Part shown: positions 22,301 to 35,367 of the stretch, one piece after another
Position numbering within the stretch: the stretch's first letter is position 1
Layout: every line of letters begins with the position of its first letter
Assembly: GCF_002571385.2 (NCBI RefSeq)
Contig: NW_019217922.1
Span: 363,096 to 427,095 of the forward strand
Direction: 5' to 3'
DNA: 64,000 nt
DNA from: Stylophora pistillata
Taxonomy: Eukaryota
Position numbers and translations under genes: made by a program
Notes under the pieces: generated by a model
The model's input: only the letters and a program-made list of their open reading frames with translations
The model's database searches: none
Told to the model about the DNA's origin: nothing

Positions 22301-25300
22301 GTTGTTCAAGACAAAAGATCAGTGGATGACAAATCACAACAGGAAGTTAAAGAGCATACTTGCATACATTCACATACAGGAAAGATGGTTGATATGTTGT
22401 CATTACAACAGTCAAGTGGAAATGATGGTGAGTGTTACGAGAATTTTAGTGGTTTCTTTCTCTTCTCTGTTGTGATTACAGATTATTGATTACACAAGAC
22501 ACAATGGTGAGTACATCAGGTGCACAGGGTTCGTACGCGTCTTGAAAACCCTTGAATTTAAGGAGGCCGATTTCAAGGCCTTGAAAGTACTTGAATTTCG
22601 TTTTGGGTCCTTGAAAGTCCTTGATTTTTATTGAACAACATCGAAAAATATCTGCTTTTGTTTTGCACCATCGGTAAACCCAAAACATAGATATTAACAG
22701 AAACATTTTTCTTGGTTTTGAGGTAAAATTGTCATTACAAAAAGTCCTTGAAATTTCTAAGTAGGGTCCTGGAAAGTCCTTGAAAAGTCCTTGAATCTTT
22801 GGCCTAAAAAAGTGTACGAACCCTGGGTGCACCTTTGAACTGAAAATTAGGACTAGCTCGTTTAGGGCTCTCTGTAGGTTAGAGGTACATCATAGGTGTA
22901 AATGGAAAGGTTTATTAATATCTTTATTTAATTTTTTTTTACCTAGTAGGTAGTTTACATGAACTTCAAAGGAGGAAGAGAACATCTTTTATTTGTTTTT
23001 GTTGCTTCTCAATGGAGATGAGCACCAGTGTGGATTTAAACTCAACATTGTTGACCTATGTTTGCCAAATGTTAAATTTCCAAGCGATCAAAATTCCTCT
23101 TTGCTCTTACAATTGTTCATTAATTTTGGTAAATATAGAAAAAACAGGCTTGTTACTTACTGGTGATATACAATCTAACACCATGACAACACTATTCGTT
23201 TGCTGTTATTTTTTAATTCCAGATGAAACAAGGCAAAAGAAAATGAATTCAATGGGAGATGATCCAAATTCTACTGAAAGCTCAGAAGACACAAAGAGGA
23301 AGATAGAAGAACTGCAAAAGGTGAGTGAACAACAGGATGGTTCAGACTTTGTTAATATGGGCAGTTTAGTTAAATACTCTATTACTAGCAGTCTAATATT
23401 CTTTTATTAGAAAATTATTATTATAATTATTAGAGTCTAGTTAACTCAATTTCTAGTAGTCTAATGTGGGCATTTTACTTAATAAAATAATACTCTTATG
23501 CCTGCAGTCTAGCTTAATTGTTAATGATAGCTTTAGTCTGCTTCCCAGCAAGATACCTTTGATGAAATTAGAATAATTTTTCAAGGATGAAAGATGATAT
23601 TTAATAATCCCCAATCCTGGATCTGTGTTGAACCTTTTTCTTGTGGCCATTTACAGGAAATTTCTGGCCTCAAACATGTGATTGAAGTACGTGAGAATAA
23701 GCTGATTGAAGTTAGTAAAGAAAATATAGACCTGCAAGAGACATGTGCTGTTCTGAGGAGGTTTGTATTACTATTACTGTATAAAATACTTAACGATAAC
23801 AATACTTAAAATTAAGGGAAAAGATTGTTAGTAGAATGTTGAGGATTTCCAGCAGTGATTGAATAACAAGTGGAAACGATTGTCAATTTGATCCAGTAAT
23901 GAGTTCTAAAAGGTCTCATGAGTTGGGCTATAGCTGCCTGCTAAATTCTTTTTGAGAGTTTGTTGGTGGGTCATACTTAATTCCAGTTATTTTGGATTAA
24001 ACAATTAATCATTTCAGCTGAGTGTTCTCAACATGGAGTGATGCAAGAACTAGAGTAGGACTAGCATTAAAGCCCAAGTACAATAGTTGCAAGAAACCAA
24101 GCATATCATACACAAATAATTGTAAACTATGCATTGCAAGTTTTAATTTTGTTTCATTATGGCTAATACACTTGTTCTTTGGTTTAAGTTTATTCTTGTT
24201 TTCGCCATTTTGCAAAGCCAATTGAAAGTTTAAAGCTAATGCTCATGTGTGTCAAGTTAGACCAGGCTTTAGGTTAAAGATAAATTTGCAGGAGATGCAG
24301 TGTATATTATGGGTTGCAAATGCTGATTAAAAATCAAAGACTTACTGAGATACAAGATATTCTTCTCTTGCACCCTGGACTAATTGGCAATGTTCCTGGG
24401 AAAGAAAACTGGAAACTGTTATGATTGTATATACTTCCACCACACATGAACTTCCGGTGCACATATCATACAGTGATCCTTTTCAATCTTCAATGCTTTT
24501 TCCTCCACCATCTTGTAAAACCCATACGAATAAAGAAGTGTTGCATTAATGAGAGTACTCGCAAGTCATTCAACTACAAGAAATCATTATAGAAACAAAA
24601 GACACCATGATGTTAATGAAAGTCTTCCAAGAGGAATATTCCACTAACCCAGCAACTCCTAGAAGTGATTAGTATGTAACTTCTCCCTATAATATCCATT
24701 CATTGTCAAGCAGACAGGTACCAGTAATAGAAATACTCAAACTCACTACTCAAGTTGTACCTGATCCATTGATCTATCTTTTTATCTATTGTTAAAATTT
24801 GCATATAGCTAGGTAGGTAAGAGGATGTACTCTAAGACAAATGAATGTATTTCTTACCTTCAGTCAGCTGAAACAAGCTGAAGATGCATTTAAGGGAGAG
24901 AATGAGGAAATTGAGGAAGTGAAAAAAGAGTTTACTGTTCGTGTTGCTGCTACAGAGAAGAAATTTCAAGCTGCAGCAAAGGTACCATGACTGCTCAATC
25001 TTAAGAACTGTTTACTTCAGTGCTAATGTTCCTTCACTGATCAGTTAAATGTTTTCTTGACCATCATTGCATAATGCAGTTCATTTTGTTTCATTTCACC
25101 TCCTTTTCTATCAAAATAAAGTGCTTGCAATGGTGTATTCATGTCCATATATACACAGGCAGCCCAAGCTCACTACTAGAAAAGCGGACGTGACTCTTAC
25201 CGTGTTGCGCAACATTTTATATTTATAAAGGTTTGTATGGGATGCTATCGGTTTTCCTTAAAAGAGAGAAAAAAATGTCTTGTTTTGAAATAAAATTGGC

Positions 25301-28300
25301 TTACCTTATTGCGTTGTTGTTTTTGATAATTCTAGCGTCTCAGGCCATTTTCAAGCGTTTTCGGCGAGTTAGCGCTATGTTGGTGTTCAACTGCTAAAAG
25401 AACTTCTTATATAACATCCCATACAAACCTTTATAAATATAAAACATTGCGCAACACGGTAAGAGTCGCGTCTGCTTTTCTAGTAGTGAGCTTGGGCTGC
25501 CTGTGTTATATACTGAACTTGTGTGTTAATGCATGTCATGTTAGTAGCTAATGGTTCAATGTGTTTTCTTTGATTTGTTATCAGGAAAGGGATCATTTGA
25601 GGGCACTTTTAGAGGAGACTGAACATTCTCTTTCCTCCAAGTCAGTTAAGCTTTCAACTAATATATATTTTCAATCTACATGCAGTTGAACCTCCCTTTG
25701 TGACCATCCCTCATGAGTGACCACCTCTCGTTAGTGACCACTTCTCAAAATACCAAAAGTTTCCAAGTCAAGTCACTAGTAATGGAACCTTTTGAAAGTG
25801 ACCACCTCTCACAAGTGACCACTTTTAAAGATTCTTGTTTTCATTTTCAGTTGTTTTTAACCTCCCATAGGCAACCACTTGACAGACAACCATCTTTATC
25901 TCTCACAAGAGGAAACTGAAAATTGTTTCAACAGATCTTGTTAAGGGGCATGTACTAAAACACAGACAATAGACAATAGATGATAGACAGTAGATGGTAG
26001 ATGGTAGATGATAGTCATAAATGCAACTGAATGACAATCTTGAATTTCATGATTATGTTCCATCACAAAACCATTGTCTATTGTGTACTCTCTAACTAGT
26101 TTTGTCTATTGTCTATCATCTATGTTCTATGTCTATTGTCTGTCATCTATCGTCTATCATCTACCATCTAATGTCAACATGCCTTGTAAAATTGGAGCCA
26201 CTTGAGGTGTTTCCCAAAATAGCTTTTCCATGTAAATTTTTGCTTGTGTTCTGTTTCTGTAAATATTTGGACAGCACCACTTGGAAAAACAAACAAGCCA
26301 AGTTTCTTTCCAGTGAATTGTTCCAAACATGCTGTATTAAATAGTTTTTGCAATACTAAATAATCATGAATAAACTTGCTAAATGGTAATACTAGAGGTT
26401 TTAGTAAACGCTCTCAAAAGAGTCCAGTCACGACATATGCAAATTCCCCAAAATATGGACCCCCTGTGGCCTGACCTCTGGTAAGTGCCACCTCCCATAA
26501 GTGACCACCTCCTGTATGAGACCACCTAGACTTGACACTAGGTGTGGTCACTAACAGGAGGTTCAACTGTACTGATAATACAGGGATTATTATTTTTTTT
26601 GGTTTGTTCTACAGGAATTGAACAATCATCTGACTTATAAATGGTTCAAAATTTGTCATAATTGAGTAGTAGCTTGCATTGCTGGTGGCTTTGTGTGTGC
26701 ATTTGTGTGTGCGTATGTTTTCTTTTTTAAAGGGATCAGTGAGGAAATGAGCAAATTAGCAGCCAAGCAACCTGTTTTTTCTTTGTTTGTTTGTTTGTTT
26801 TTTTTTTCTAGACTCAGCCTTTAATGCTTCAAAGCCCCACACTAAACTGTGGCACACTGGGTTTAAACATTTTCAAACCAGTTTTGTTTCCATTTGCCTT
26901 CCTCTTTAATTCACAGTGACAATCCAAAATGAAGATAATGACAGATCAAACAGGACTTGAGAATTGTAATTCAATAACAATATTGAACCACAACATATGC
27001 ACTTATTGCTAAAGCTTTATGTTGGCTTTGTGAAATAGGAATGAACGACAGTCTGAAGAGTTTACAACTCTACTCAAGGAAAAAGATGATCAAATTGCTC
27101 AGTTACTAGAAGAAGGTAATAATTACTCACCAAATTGTAGCTGGTACAATGTATTTGTGGTGAGAAGCAGGTAGTTACCAATAGGTAAATGGGCAAGTGA
27201 GCAACAGGGCAGACATGAGAGTGAGGAAATCAGTAAGGAAAAAATTGAAAACCTCTCTCCCTTTGCATGATAACTCTGACAGGTACTGTACTTGTATAAC
27301 CCTCAGCCCTGCCCAACCACCCACTATTCAAGTCTTACCTGGTGGTGACCATAATGATGATACTTCATTTCACCATTAATGCTCAAGTGTCTCTAATTCA
27401 AAGCTTGTTTCTGGTTTCAACCAAATCATTTGAATCTGGACACATTCGTGGTGATGGTTTTCACAAAAATTCAGACACAGAGGTTCACAAGCTTTTGAAA
27501 CCATCAAGATATTTTATGAATCATGGGTCTGGTTCAAGACATAATAAATTTTTTGAATTGTTTTTGTTCGATTAATTGTAGCTGTTGTTTTTAATTGTTT
27601 TTTTTTTTTCTCCTCAGCTAACATTTAGACAAAAGACACTGTTATCCAATGTTTGCATCTTGCAATCAGTTGTTGATGAGGACTATTCTCTGGATTTTCA
27701 ACAGGTGAAAAGTTGTCTAAACAGCAACTTCAAAGCAACAATATTGTCAAGAAGCTTAGAAGTAAGGAAAAGGAGAATGATGCTTTAATCAAGAAAAATA
27801 GGTAAACAGGTGTACTTCATTGATCTCATCAACAATCCTGGGGGGAGGATGTAAAGATAAAGACGAGGAATGGCTGCTTATACTCCTGTTGTAACCCTTC
27901 ATTTCTGCATGAACCTTTCACCAAACTATTCAGTCTTCTAGTCTAGACAAGCTTGGTCAAGGATATTTGCAAGAGTTGCAAAAGTGTCTGTCAAAATTTG
28001 TATTTGAGCACCCACTTGGCTGAGTTCCTCATTTAGAAGGTTTATCCAAAGACATATTCATGTGGACAATAAAGCAATTTTGCACTTAATCATTATTAAG
28101 TGCAAAATTGTGCCCAAATTTTAACTCTAACATTGTCTTTCAATGTTTTGTTTACAGCAAGTTATTGGAGGAAATGACAGCTGAAAATACCAGGCTGACT
28201 GAAATCCTGAAAGTCAAAGAAGAAACAGAGAGAAAACAAGCAGGTACCACATGTGTCTAGTGACACTTTTCACCTCTCTGAACTGCCTTAACTTTATCTA

Positions 28301-31300
28301 TCAGTGTGCCATTTTAGCCGTTCTGAATAAGAAATCATTCCATGAAAGGTCTTTAGTTTCTTAGAGCAATGTCTAATAGATTTCACTCTAAGCCTTGTAT
28401 TTCTGTTTTTCAGATGCTATAACACAACTTAATAGCTATGTTGAAAAGCAAGACACTCAAATGAGTAAACTGAAGGTGAGCATTCCATCAAAGTCATTGT
28501 AATGCAATAGTAAAATCGAAAATGTTGTAGAGGGAGGAACTCCCACATAAATGGAAGGAGAAATTCATCATTGCATGAATGGGTGAAAATATATTTAGCC
28601 TTTAAGATATTGGGGAAGGTTTTAGACACACAGAGAGAAGAATAACCATCTTCATTTGCATTATCTTTGGGAAAGAACAGTATTGTTCTGGTTTTAAGAG
28701 CAATAAGAAAAACATTTTCTGCTGTCTCAGCTGCAATTCTTTTATATTTTTCTCATATGTGATTTCTTTTCCACAAAGCATATTACTTATAATTCAAATT
28801 CAATGATAGTTCTTAAGTAGTAAAGAAATATTAATAAAATAAATTACAGGGAAACCTATTAAAAACTAACAAGACTTATAAGCACAGAAAAGATTTCCTT
28901 CCATGAAAAATCAGAGGTATAATCCAGACTACACGTATCATACAGAAATCCCCTTGGGCATGGCAATGACTGTGATGTCCCCAATTGCTCTCTTTTTGTT
29001 CATTATAGTCTGAATTAGATGATTCAGCTGAGAAGATAAGAAGCATGCAGGCTGCACTGGACAATGCATACAAGTTAGTGCTATGAAAACAACAGGCTTG
29101 ATAATTCTTATTATGTCCCTCATGCAAACCTGTCTTGTTCAACCCACTTTCCCCCCCTTACCCCATGTTTAGGGGAGGCTATGTAAGCATGGTAAGAGTC
29201 TTCGCTAAAAAAAAAACCAACACTTACCAGAATAAGAGATTCTTAGCTTGGACCCTTTGAAAATCTCAAACCTTTTTTAAGATTGAGAAACGTGTGTCTT
29301 TTTCCAACATCTGGAAGAAATCTAAAAACAAAAGCTGAGTTTGGATCATAACTTTCAAAGACCCATGATTTGCCAGACATCAAGAATTTTTAGAATTAAA
29401 GTATCGTACCGTTTGGAAGCCCCTAATTCAATTCTAGAAACTTTTTAGGGACTCATAATGGGGACACGAATGGATTTTTGTTTAATGTTTTTTTTTTCGG
29501 TGATACATCATGTCAAAATACTGCACAAATATTTTCTTGTTAAAACGGACAGGGGGGGTATAGAGCTGCGATCATATTTTTGCGCTTCCAGCAACTTGTG
29601 CTTATTTTCCCTGCAGACAATTGGCAGACCTACACAAAGAAAATGCTTCTAAAGATAGCGCCGTGCAGGTAGGTGGCACATTAGCTTCTTGTCTGAGTCC
29701 ACAGGTTCACATTAATTTTTATTTCAAGCATTCTTTACTTCAAATGAGCAAGTCTCAGGAATATAAAAAGGTCATATCAGAACTACAAGAGTAAGAAATG
29801 TTATCTTAAGCGTTTTGGCCTGAAAACTGATCGATAGGTAATGTTTGCTATGTTTCAGTCTGTTGTTTGTGTAGTGTAATCAGACAAATGATGGTTTCAT
29901 GAAACGAGTGCTGTACCTGCACACCAGCATCAGTTGTTGATCTCCAAACTGAAGATCTGAGTTAAAAAGTTGATTTTCGTATCATAAGTAATGCACAGAT
30001 AACCATAATGCCCTTTTCAAATGACGTTAGTTTGTGGTTTGTACTCTCAGGAAGCTGCTCTCAGTGCTGAAATGACTGCCAAAGAAGGACTGAGGATTGC
30101 AATGGAGAAAAAAGAAAGACAGTTCAAGAGTGAAACTGAGGCATTAGAATTCCAGGTATTCAAATCATATCTGTCAAGATGAATTCTTGATTGATGGCTT
30201 GGTTGATCAATTCATCCATCAATTGGTTTTTGACTGGTCCACTGGTTGGCTGACTGGTCCACTTGTTAGCTGACTGGTCCACTGGTTAGCTGACTGGTCC
30301 ACTGGTTAGCTGACTGGTCCACTGGTTGGCTGACTAGTCCACTGGTTGGCTGACTGGTCCACTGATTGGCTGACTGGTCCGCTGGTTGGCTGACTGGTCC
30401 GCTGGTTGGCTGACTGGTCCACTGGTTGGCTGACTGGTCCACTGGTTGGCTGACTGGTCCACTGGTTGGCTGACTGGTCCACTGGTTGGCTGACTGGTCC
30501 ACTGGTTGGCTGACTGACCGATTGGTCAAGTGACCGACGGACTGAATGACTGCATGGCTGACGGAAAGACGGATGGAAGGACGGACAGACGGACCATTTA
30601 TACCGGCTAACGGACCAACTAAAGGATAGACCGACGACAGACCAACGTACAGCCCAAGCCATAGACTCACCGACTGACTGACCGACCCACTCACTAATTC
30701 ATTCGCTCCCTAACAACTGAGTAATAGATTGATTTATTGACTCACTAACTGACTACCTGCTTTCCGCTCTGACGAAGGGCTAACGCCGCTCGAACCGTCA
30801 ACTTCGAAACTCTTTACGGCGGCCAATTTACATTAACAGCTCAGTTGATAAAACCAAATTAACTAAATTATTCTTTCGTTGTTGCTATTTTAGATCAGCG
30901 ACCTTCAAACTGGGTTCCGTCGGGCTGAACAACAGGCCAGTAGAAGGGAAGACAATCTACGTCAAGAAATAAGTGATCTACAACAGGTTAGATTTGATAA
31001 GAATGGCAACGACAAACGATATGATCCGAGACCTACGAAGACGTCTTTAGCCTTGTTTGAGCTCAAATAATGAGAACTACTTGAACGGTAATGAAATAAG
31101 GCCTGAAAAAAATTCAGGTCTGTACGGGATGTGAACCCATAACCTCTGCGATACCGGTGCATTGCTCTACCAACTGAGCTAACAAGCGAACTGGGAACTG
31201 GTCATTATGATGGTTCGTAATAGACCCGTGAAGTGAGGAATAAATGATTGTGAATAACGTAACCGTTGCGCGGACTATATTTTCACATGCTGAAATGGAA

Positions 31301-34300
31301 GAAAGTGAAAATGGAGTTCGTGAGATGTTCACGGAAGTGTAAAAGGTTGGCGTATATTTGTTTTCAATTGTCAGCTAAGGTAAAAAAAAATGGTTTTGAT
31401 CGCAACTTGGTTGTCAGTGCAACTAAGCAAACTAGTCAGTTGAAGCATACAATTTTCTGGAGTCGCGCTCATTCCAAGACAATTCAAATAAGTGATACTC
31501 ACATGTAACTTTGGTCCTGGTTAATTTATGGACTTTTGGGATAATTGCCCAAATTTCATGTTATTAATGATCTTGACCAAAAGGACCGTTGCGACTGACT
31601 TATTGCATAGCCTTTATGAGGATCTTAATTGGATTCAAATTTCCGAGAACGGTGATGTTATAAGTATCTATGTGCAGTCCGTCATCTTGAAGAGAAAATA
31701 TGGATTGGATGAAGTGGGTGTTTATTTGAACGACGTGGTGTGGTGATTTGTATTTCTTGTCATAATTATTTCCTGTTGAAAATGACTAGAACAGTCAATT
31801 TTTCTATCTTACAGAGGTTGCAAGAAGCAGAAGCTCGTAACCAGGAACTCACAGAAAGTGTCACTTACGGTAATTTCAATGTGATTGATTAGTAAAAGAC
31901 AAGATAATTCTTCTCATTATATCTGCTTAAAAACTTTGGGAGAGAGGAGGAAGTAAAACCATGAAGATCAAACTGATACCAATTTTAAGTTCTTTCTTTT
32001 GACTGACCTACCCACAGCCACAAGACCACTGTTAAGGCAGATAGAAAACCTGCAGAGCAGCTATGGAAATCACACGCAAACTTGGGAAAGAGTAGAAAGG
32101 AACTTAACAGAGAGGCTGAGTAAGTTAACCGTTTACTTCTAAACCGTCACTTATCATATCATTGTTAACGCGTTAAAAGTTGGACCGAAAGGTTGGTACA
32201 TTACTCCTTAACACGCAAAGCTCTCGAGTATGAATATTTTATGCTTCCAGTACATGTTACGTTTTCTGTAAAAACAAGAGCCTTTCAAAAAAGAAATTAT
32301 AAACACAATTTTTTGAGTATAGTCGTTTCCATGAAAGAGGCTTTGCGTTTTTCTGACTATTCTCTAACAATTGCTTTTCTTGTCAGATGAGGCGCAAGTT
32401 CAACTGGTTGAGGCTCAGGAAAAGGAGCGCGTTGCCACAGAGCATGCGCTGGAGTTGAACTCCCGCTTGACAGCTGTGGAGTCACAGCTGGCGACATACA
32501 GGCAGGAGAAGACGCGACTGGAGGCTACACTGGAGATGGAACGAGCGAGACTGGAAACTGCTGAGGAAGCGAAGAGCAGGTACTGCTGAGAAGGTTGCAA
32601 ACTGTGTAACCTGGTAACTTCCTCTTACAGTAAACAAATGTAATTTTTGTCACGAAGTGTATTTCAGAAGTCCTGAGTTGCATTTCCAGGGATGAAATAA
32701 ACCAGTATACCAACCTCGGTAAACCTATAAGATGTTTTTGTTTTATTAATCTTAGTGATTCTTCAAGAGTTGTTAGAGTGTGTTTCCCGAGAGTCATGTT
32801 GTTTCGTGTAATTTACAGTGCTTTCTTTTGATTTCAGAATTGTTCATGCTAAACTTTGTGTTTATATGTTCAGGGAAACTGCTAAGATAGAGACATTGGA
32901 GATCAAATATAGAAAAATGATGGAAGACAATAACTTGGAGAAGGTAAGAATCGCTGGCAGTTCTTAGCCATTGCTGTGCCACTTATGCTGAGCTTTTCTC
33001 GTTATGACTTGCTCAAATTATTTTGAATGTGTGTCATGTTTGTTCTTCAGGCTTTACTTGAACAACAACTCGCCGTAGAGAAAGGCAAGATGGAAACCGA
33101 AAAGAAGAAGTTTCAACACGCCATGGAAGAAAAAGTAAGTCTTGTACTTTACGAATTGGAGTTCAAATGTTCAACTGCTGAGTTACAAGGAAGTCTAGGT
33201 TGATATGTGGCGAACTGTTCGCATCAGCATTATCGAAAGCGTCCTGTCTTTTAAAAAAGGAAAATCGAGAGGAATATGTAAGGATTTTTCGCGTATTTCA
33301 TTGTGTGTTACTGTACTTCTATAAAAGTGGGTCTTAATTCCGTAAAATGTGTACTTCCTTGACATGTCTGACTAGTGAAAACATTAGAGATATGTTGTAT
33401 GGACCTTGACTGTCAGTCGCTTGCTTTTTCTCGCAAGTTAAGGAGATCTGCAGCTTCTCTTTCCATTACTAAACAAGGTTTCGTATGCAATCCTTTTTCT
33501 AGGAGAGAAGTTTACTTCGACAATCCAGTGTTTCGGAAGCACCTCCATCTCCTACTGCCAGAGACTACTCTTCACAGGTTTGTAAACTTACTAAAGGAAG
33601 AATTTAAGAGTTCTGTAATGTCTTCCCCGGTAAGCGTAATCAATTCACCCTCACGAGTTTCCAGGTAGCATGCATTGACTGTCCATAAGTGATTTGGAGA
33701 CCCTTTTTTTCTACCCGCGCGAAAGTGACCAGTTGTGAATTCCTCTTTTTCGGTAACTGCGAAACATCACCTTTGATTACTTTCTTAGATTACTCACTCA
33801 AGAACTTTTAAGTTCCTTTAAAATTGGAAGTTTTTTCGAAAGAGAATTTCTTATCATAAACTAATTTGCCACAGCACACGTCATGTTGTTGTGTTTTATT
33901 CTTTAGGACGAAAATATCGATAATCCCCATCACAGGCCACTTGGACGTCAGGGTAGCACCAGTGGTATCATTGATGGCATCTCAAGGGGAATCATGGGAG
34001 CTGGCACCGCCATGGTCGAGAGACTGCAGGCTCAGGTCAAACAAAAAGATGGTGAAATTCTGCTTTTACAGGTATCGTTTTGTATGCAACCTTTTATTGT
34101 CTTTGACTCGGCGACTGTAATCTGAAATTGCCCTAAAGACGAGACACTACTCGCCATTATTAACTCTGACTTCACAAACTTTATTACCTCGCTTCGTCGA
34201 TAGCTGTTAACGGTCATGTGTCGAAAGCAAGCTACGTAATTTGAAAAGTGCAGAGAACGCAACAAGTCAATAAGAATTTCAATGCTTGGGAATTAGGCAT

Positions 34301-35367
34301 CCAGAGTCATGCGCAGTTAAACATGACATTTAGATCAGGCGAGTTATATCAGTTCTTGAGTCAATTGTAAGCCATCTGACGCAAGTTCATGCAGTACAGT
34401 ATATGAGGGTCTATTTTAAACTAACAAAGGGGAACTTCTCTTATTACAGGAAGAGAGAACTACGCTACAAAAAACACGCGATGCCGTCACTGAAGAACTA
34501 GCAACACTCACTTCTAAAATGGAGGGTATGGAGGAAGACAGTAGACTTTTAGCTGATCTACAAACACGATACAAAGTAGGTTGTCTTTACCAAATGTAAT
34601 TCATACGTCCCCTCCCATCCTATCCACACTACTGTGTGTTGATCCGCTCATGGGCACTAGGAATCCATGAAGATATACTCGTGTAAAACATTTTGTATGT
34701 AGAAAGCAAACGGTCGTTTGTAATTCTGTTATCATACTTGGTATTTACCTAGGAGCTAGAACAGCGTCATAACGCTGTGCTTCAAATGTACGGTGAGAAA
34801 GCTGAGCAGGCTGAAGAACTGAAAATGGACTTGGAAGATGTCAAATCCATGTACAAGCAGCAGGTAAACATGCACAATTTAACACTGACTCCAGTGATCT
34901 GTTGTAAATGCAACTTACGAACCGTCGGAGCGTACATGACGAGTATTACTGATATGGAGAAAACACTCTTCTGTGCCAGGAAGGTTTTCCCCTTTGATCA
35001 TTTTTCTTGTGATCTGTATTTGATCTCGAGTTCTATAACCTTCAAGTGATGCCCGAAGTCGTTATGTTACATTTTTCAACCAAGAAAAAAATATTGCCTG
35101 ACCTCTGTCCATTGAGGAATACGCATACTGACGAGAACTTTTGGTCTGACTTGGAAAAAAGCTTTGGTTGGTGTATGAAGAACTCTTTTCTCATCCTTGG
35201 GAAGTAGCAAGAATTCAAAATCCTTTCTTCTTATTCAAACGAGATTAAAGGTTTTGGTCATTATCAGCGTAGAGCTCTATTAAATGTTCTTTCGACTTTA
35301 AAAACACAGTTTAAGCAAGAATTACTTTTATTTTCAGATTCAGGAACTCCTTGGAGCCGCAAGATGA
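19322..35367 (+). CDS. TMF1: TATA element modulatory factor 1 (golgin TMF/ARA160), 24 coding exons
   Basis: N-terminus MSWFDASGFSSFAKTALSQAQKSIDKVLDI. Further motifs EEGEKLSKQQL, LQEAEARNQELTESV, ATRPLLRQIENLQ and LQMYGEKAEQAEELKMDLEDVKSMYKQQI. Exons: 19322-19451, 21027-22427, 23223-23320, 23657-23760, 24864-24981, 25585-25640, 27039-27115, 27705-27801, 28158-28243, 28414-28475, 29009-29073, 29617-29668, 30051-30155, 30894-30986, 31815-31869, 32018-32119, 32387-32579, 32874-32943, 33051-33134, 33503-33577, 33907-34071, 34450-34575, 34753-34863, 35338-35367. Confidence 0.92.
20393..20672 (+). repeat. Degenerate 40-65-bp tandem repeat (5 units)
   Basis: Recurring GAGCACTAGTTTAACTGCCCT...TTGATTATT..TGACTT. 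Confidence 0.75.
22525..22825. mobile_element. hAT-like MITE with 6-bp TSD
   Basis: TIRs CAGGGTTCGTAC / GTACGAACCCTG. GGTGCA at 22519-22524 and 22826-22831. Internal CCTTGAA repeats. Confidence 0.85.
25154..25505. mobile_element. MITE with ~95-bp near-perfect TIRs (CACAG termini)
   Basis: CACAGGCAGCCCAAGCTCACTACTAGAAAAGC... / ...GCTTTTCTAGTAGTGAGCTTGGGCTGCCTGTG. Confidence 0.85.
25683..26569. mobile_element. Tc1/mariner-like MITE with a nested palindromic element (about 25944-26185)
   Basis: CAGTTGAACCTCC / GGAGGTTCAACTG followed by TA. GTGACCACCT sub-terminal repeats. The inner element has inverted TAGATGA/TAGACAA arrays. Confidence 0.7.
30231..30515. repeat. 20-bp minisatellite (TGACTGGTCCACTGGTTGGC) x ~14, grading into 4-bp-period repeats to about 30750
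   Basis: Direct reading of the sequence. Confidence 0.95.
31065..31265 (-). mobile_element. tRNA-derived SINE-like repeat
   Basis: The minus strand reads TAGCTCAGTTGGTAGAGCAATGCACCGGTATCGCAGAGGTTATGGGTTCACATCCCGTACAGACCTGAATTTTTTTCAGG. Confidence 0.7.

Noticed and set aside
30231-30515. Regular repeat array resembling a CRISPR, and ORFs 30266-30694 and 30306-30662
   Set aside because: The units are contiguous with no unique spacers, in a eukaryotic intron. The ORFs are translations of the minisatellite.
34072-34080. Second U12 donor (GTATCGTTT) in TMF1
   Set aside because: It mismatches the conserved C at +6, and no convincing U12 branch site was seen.
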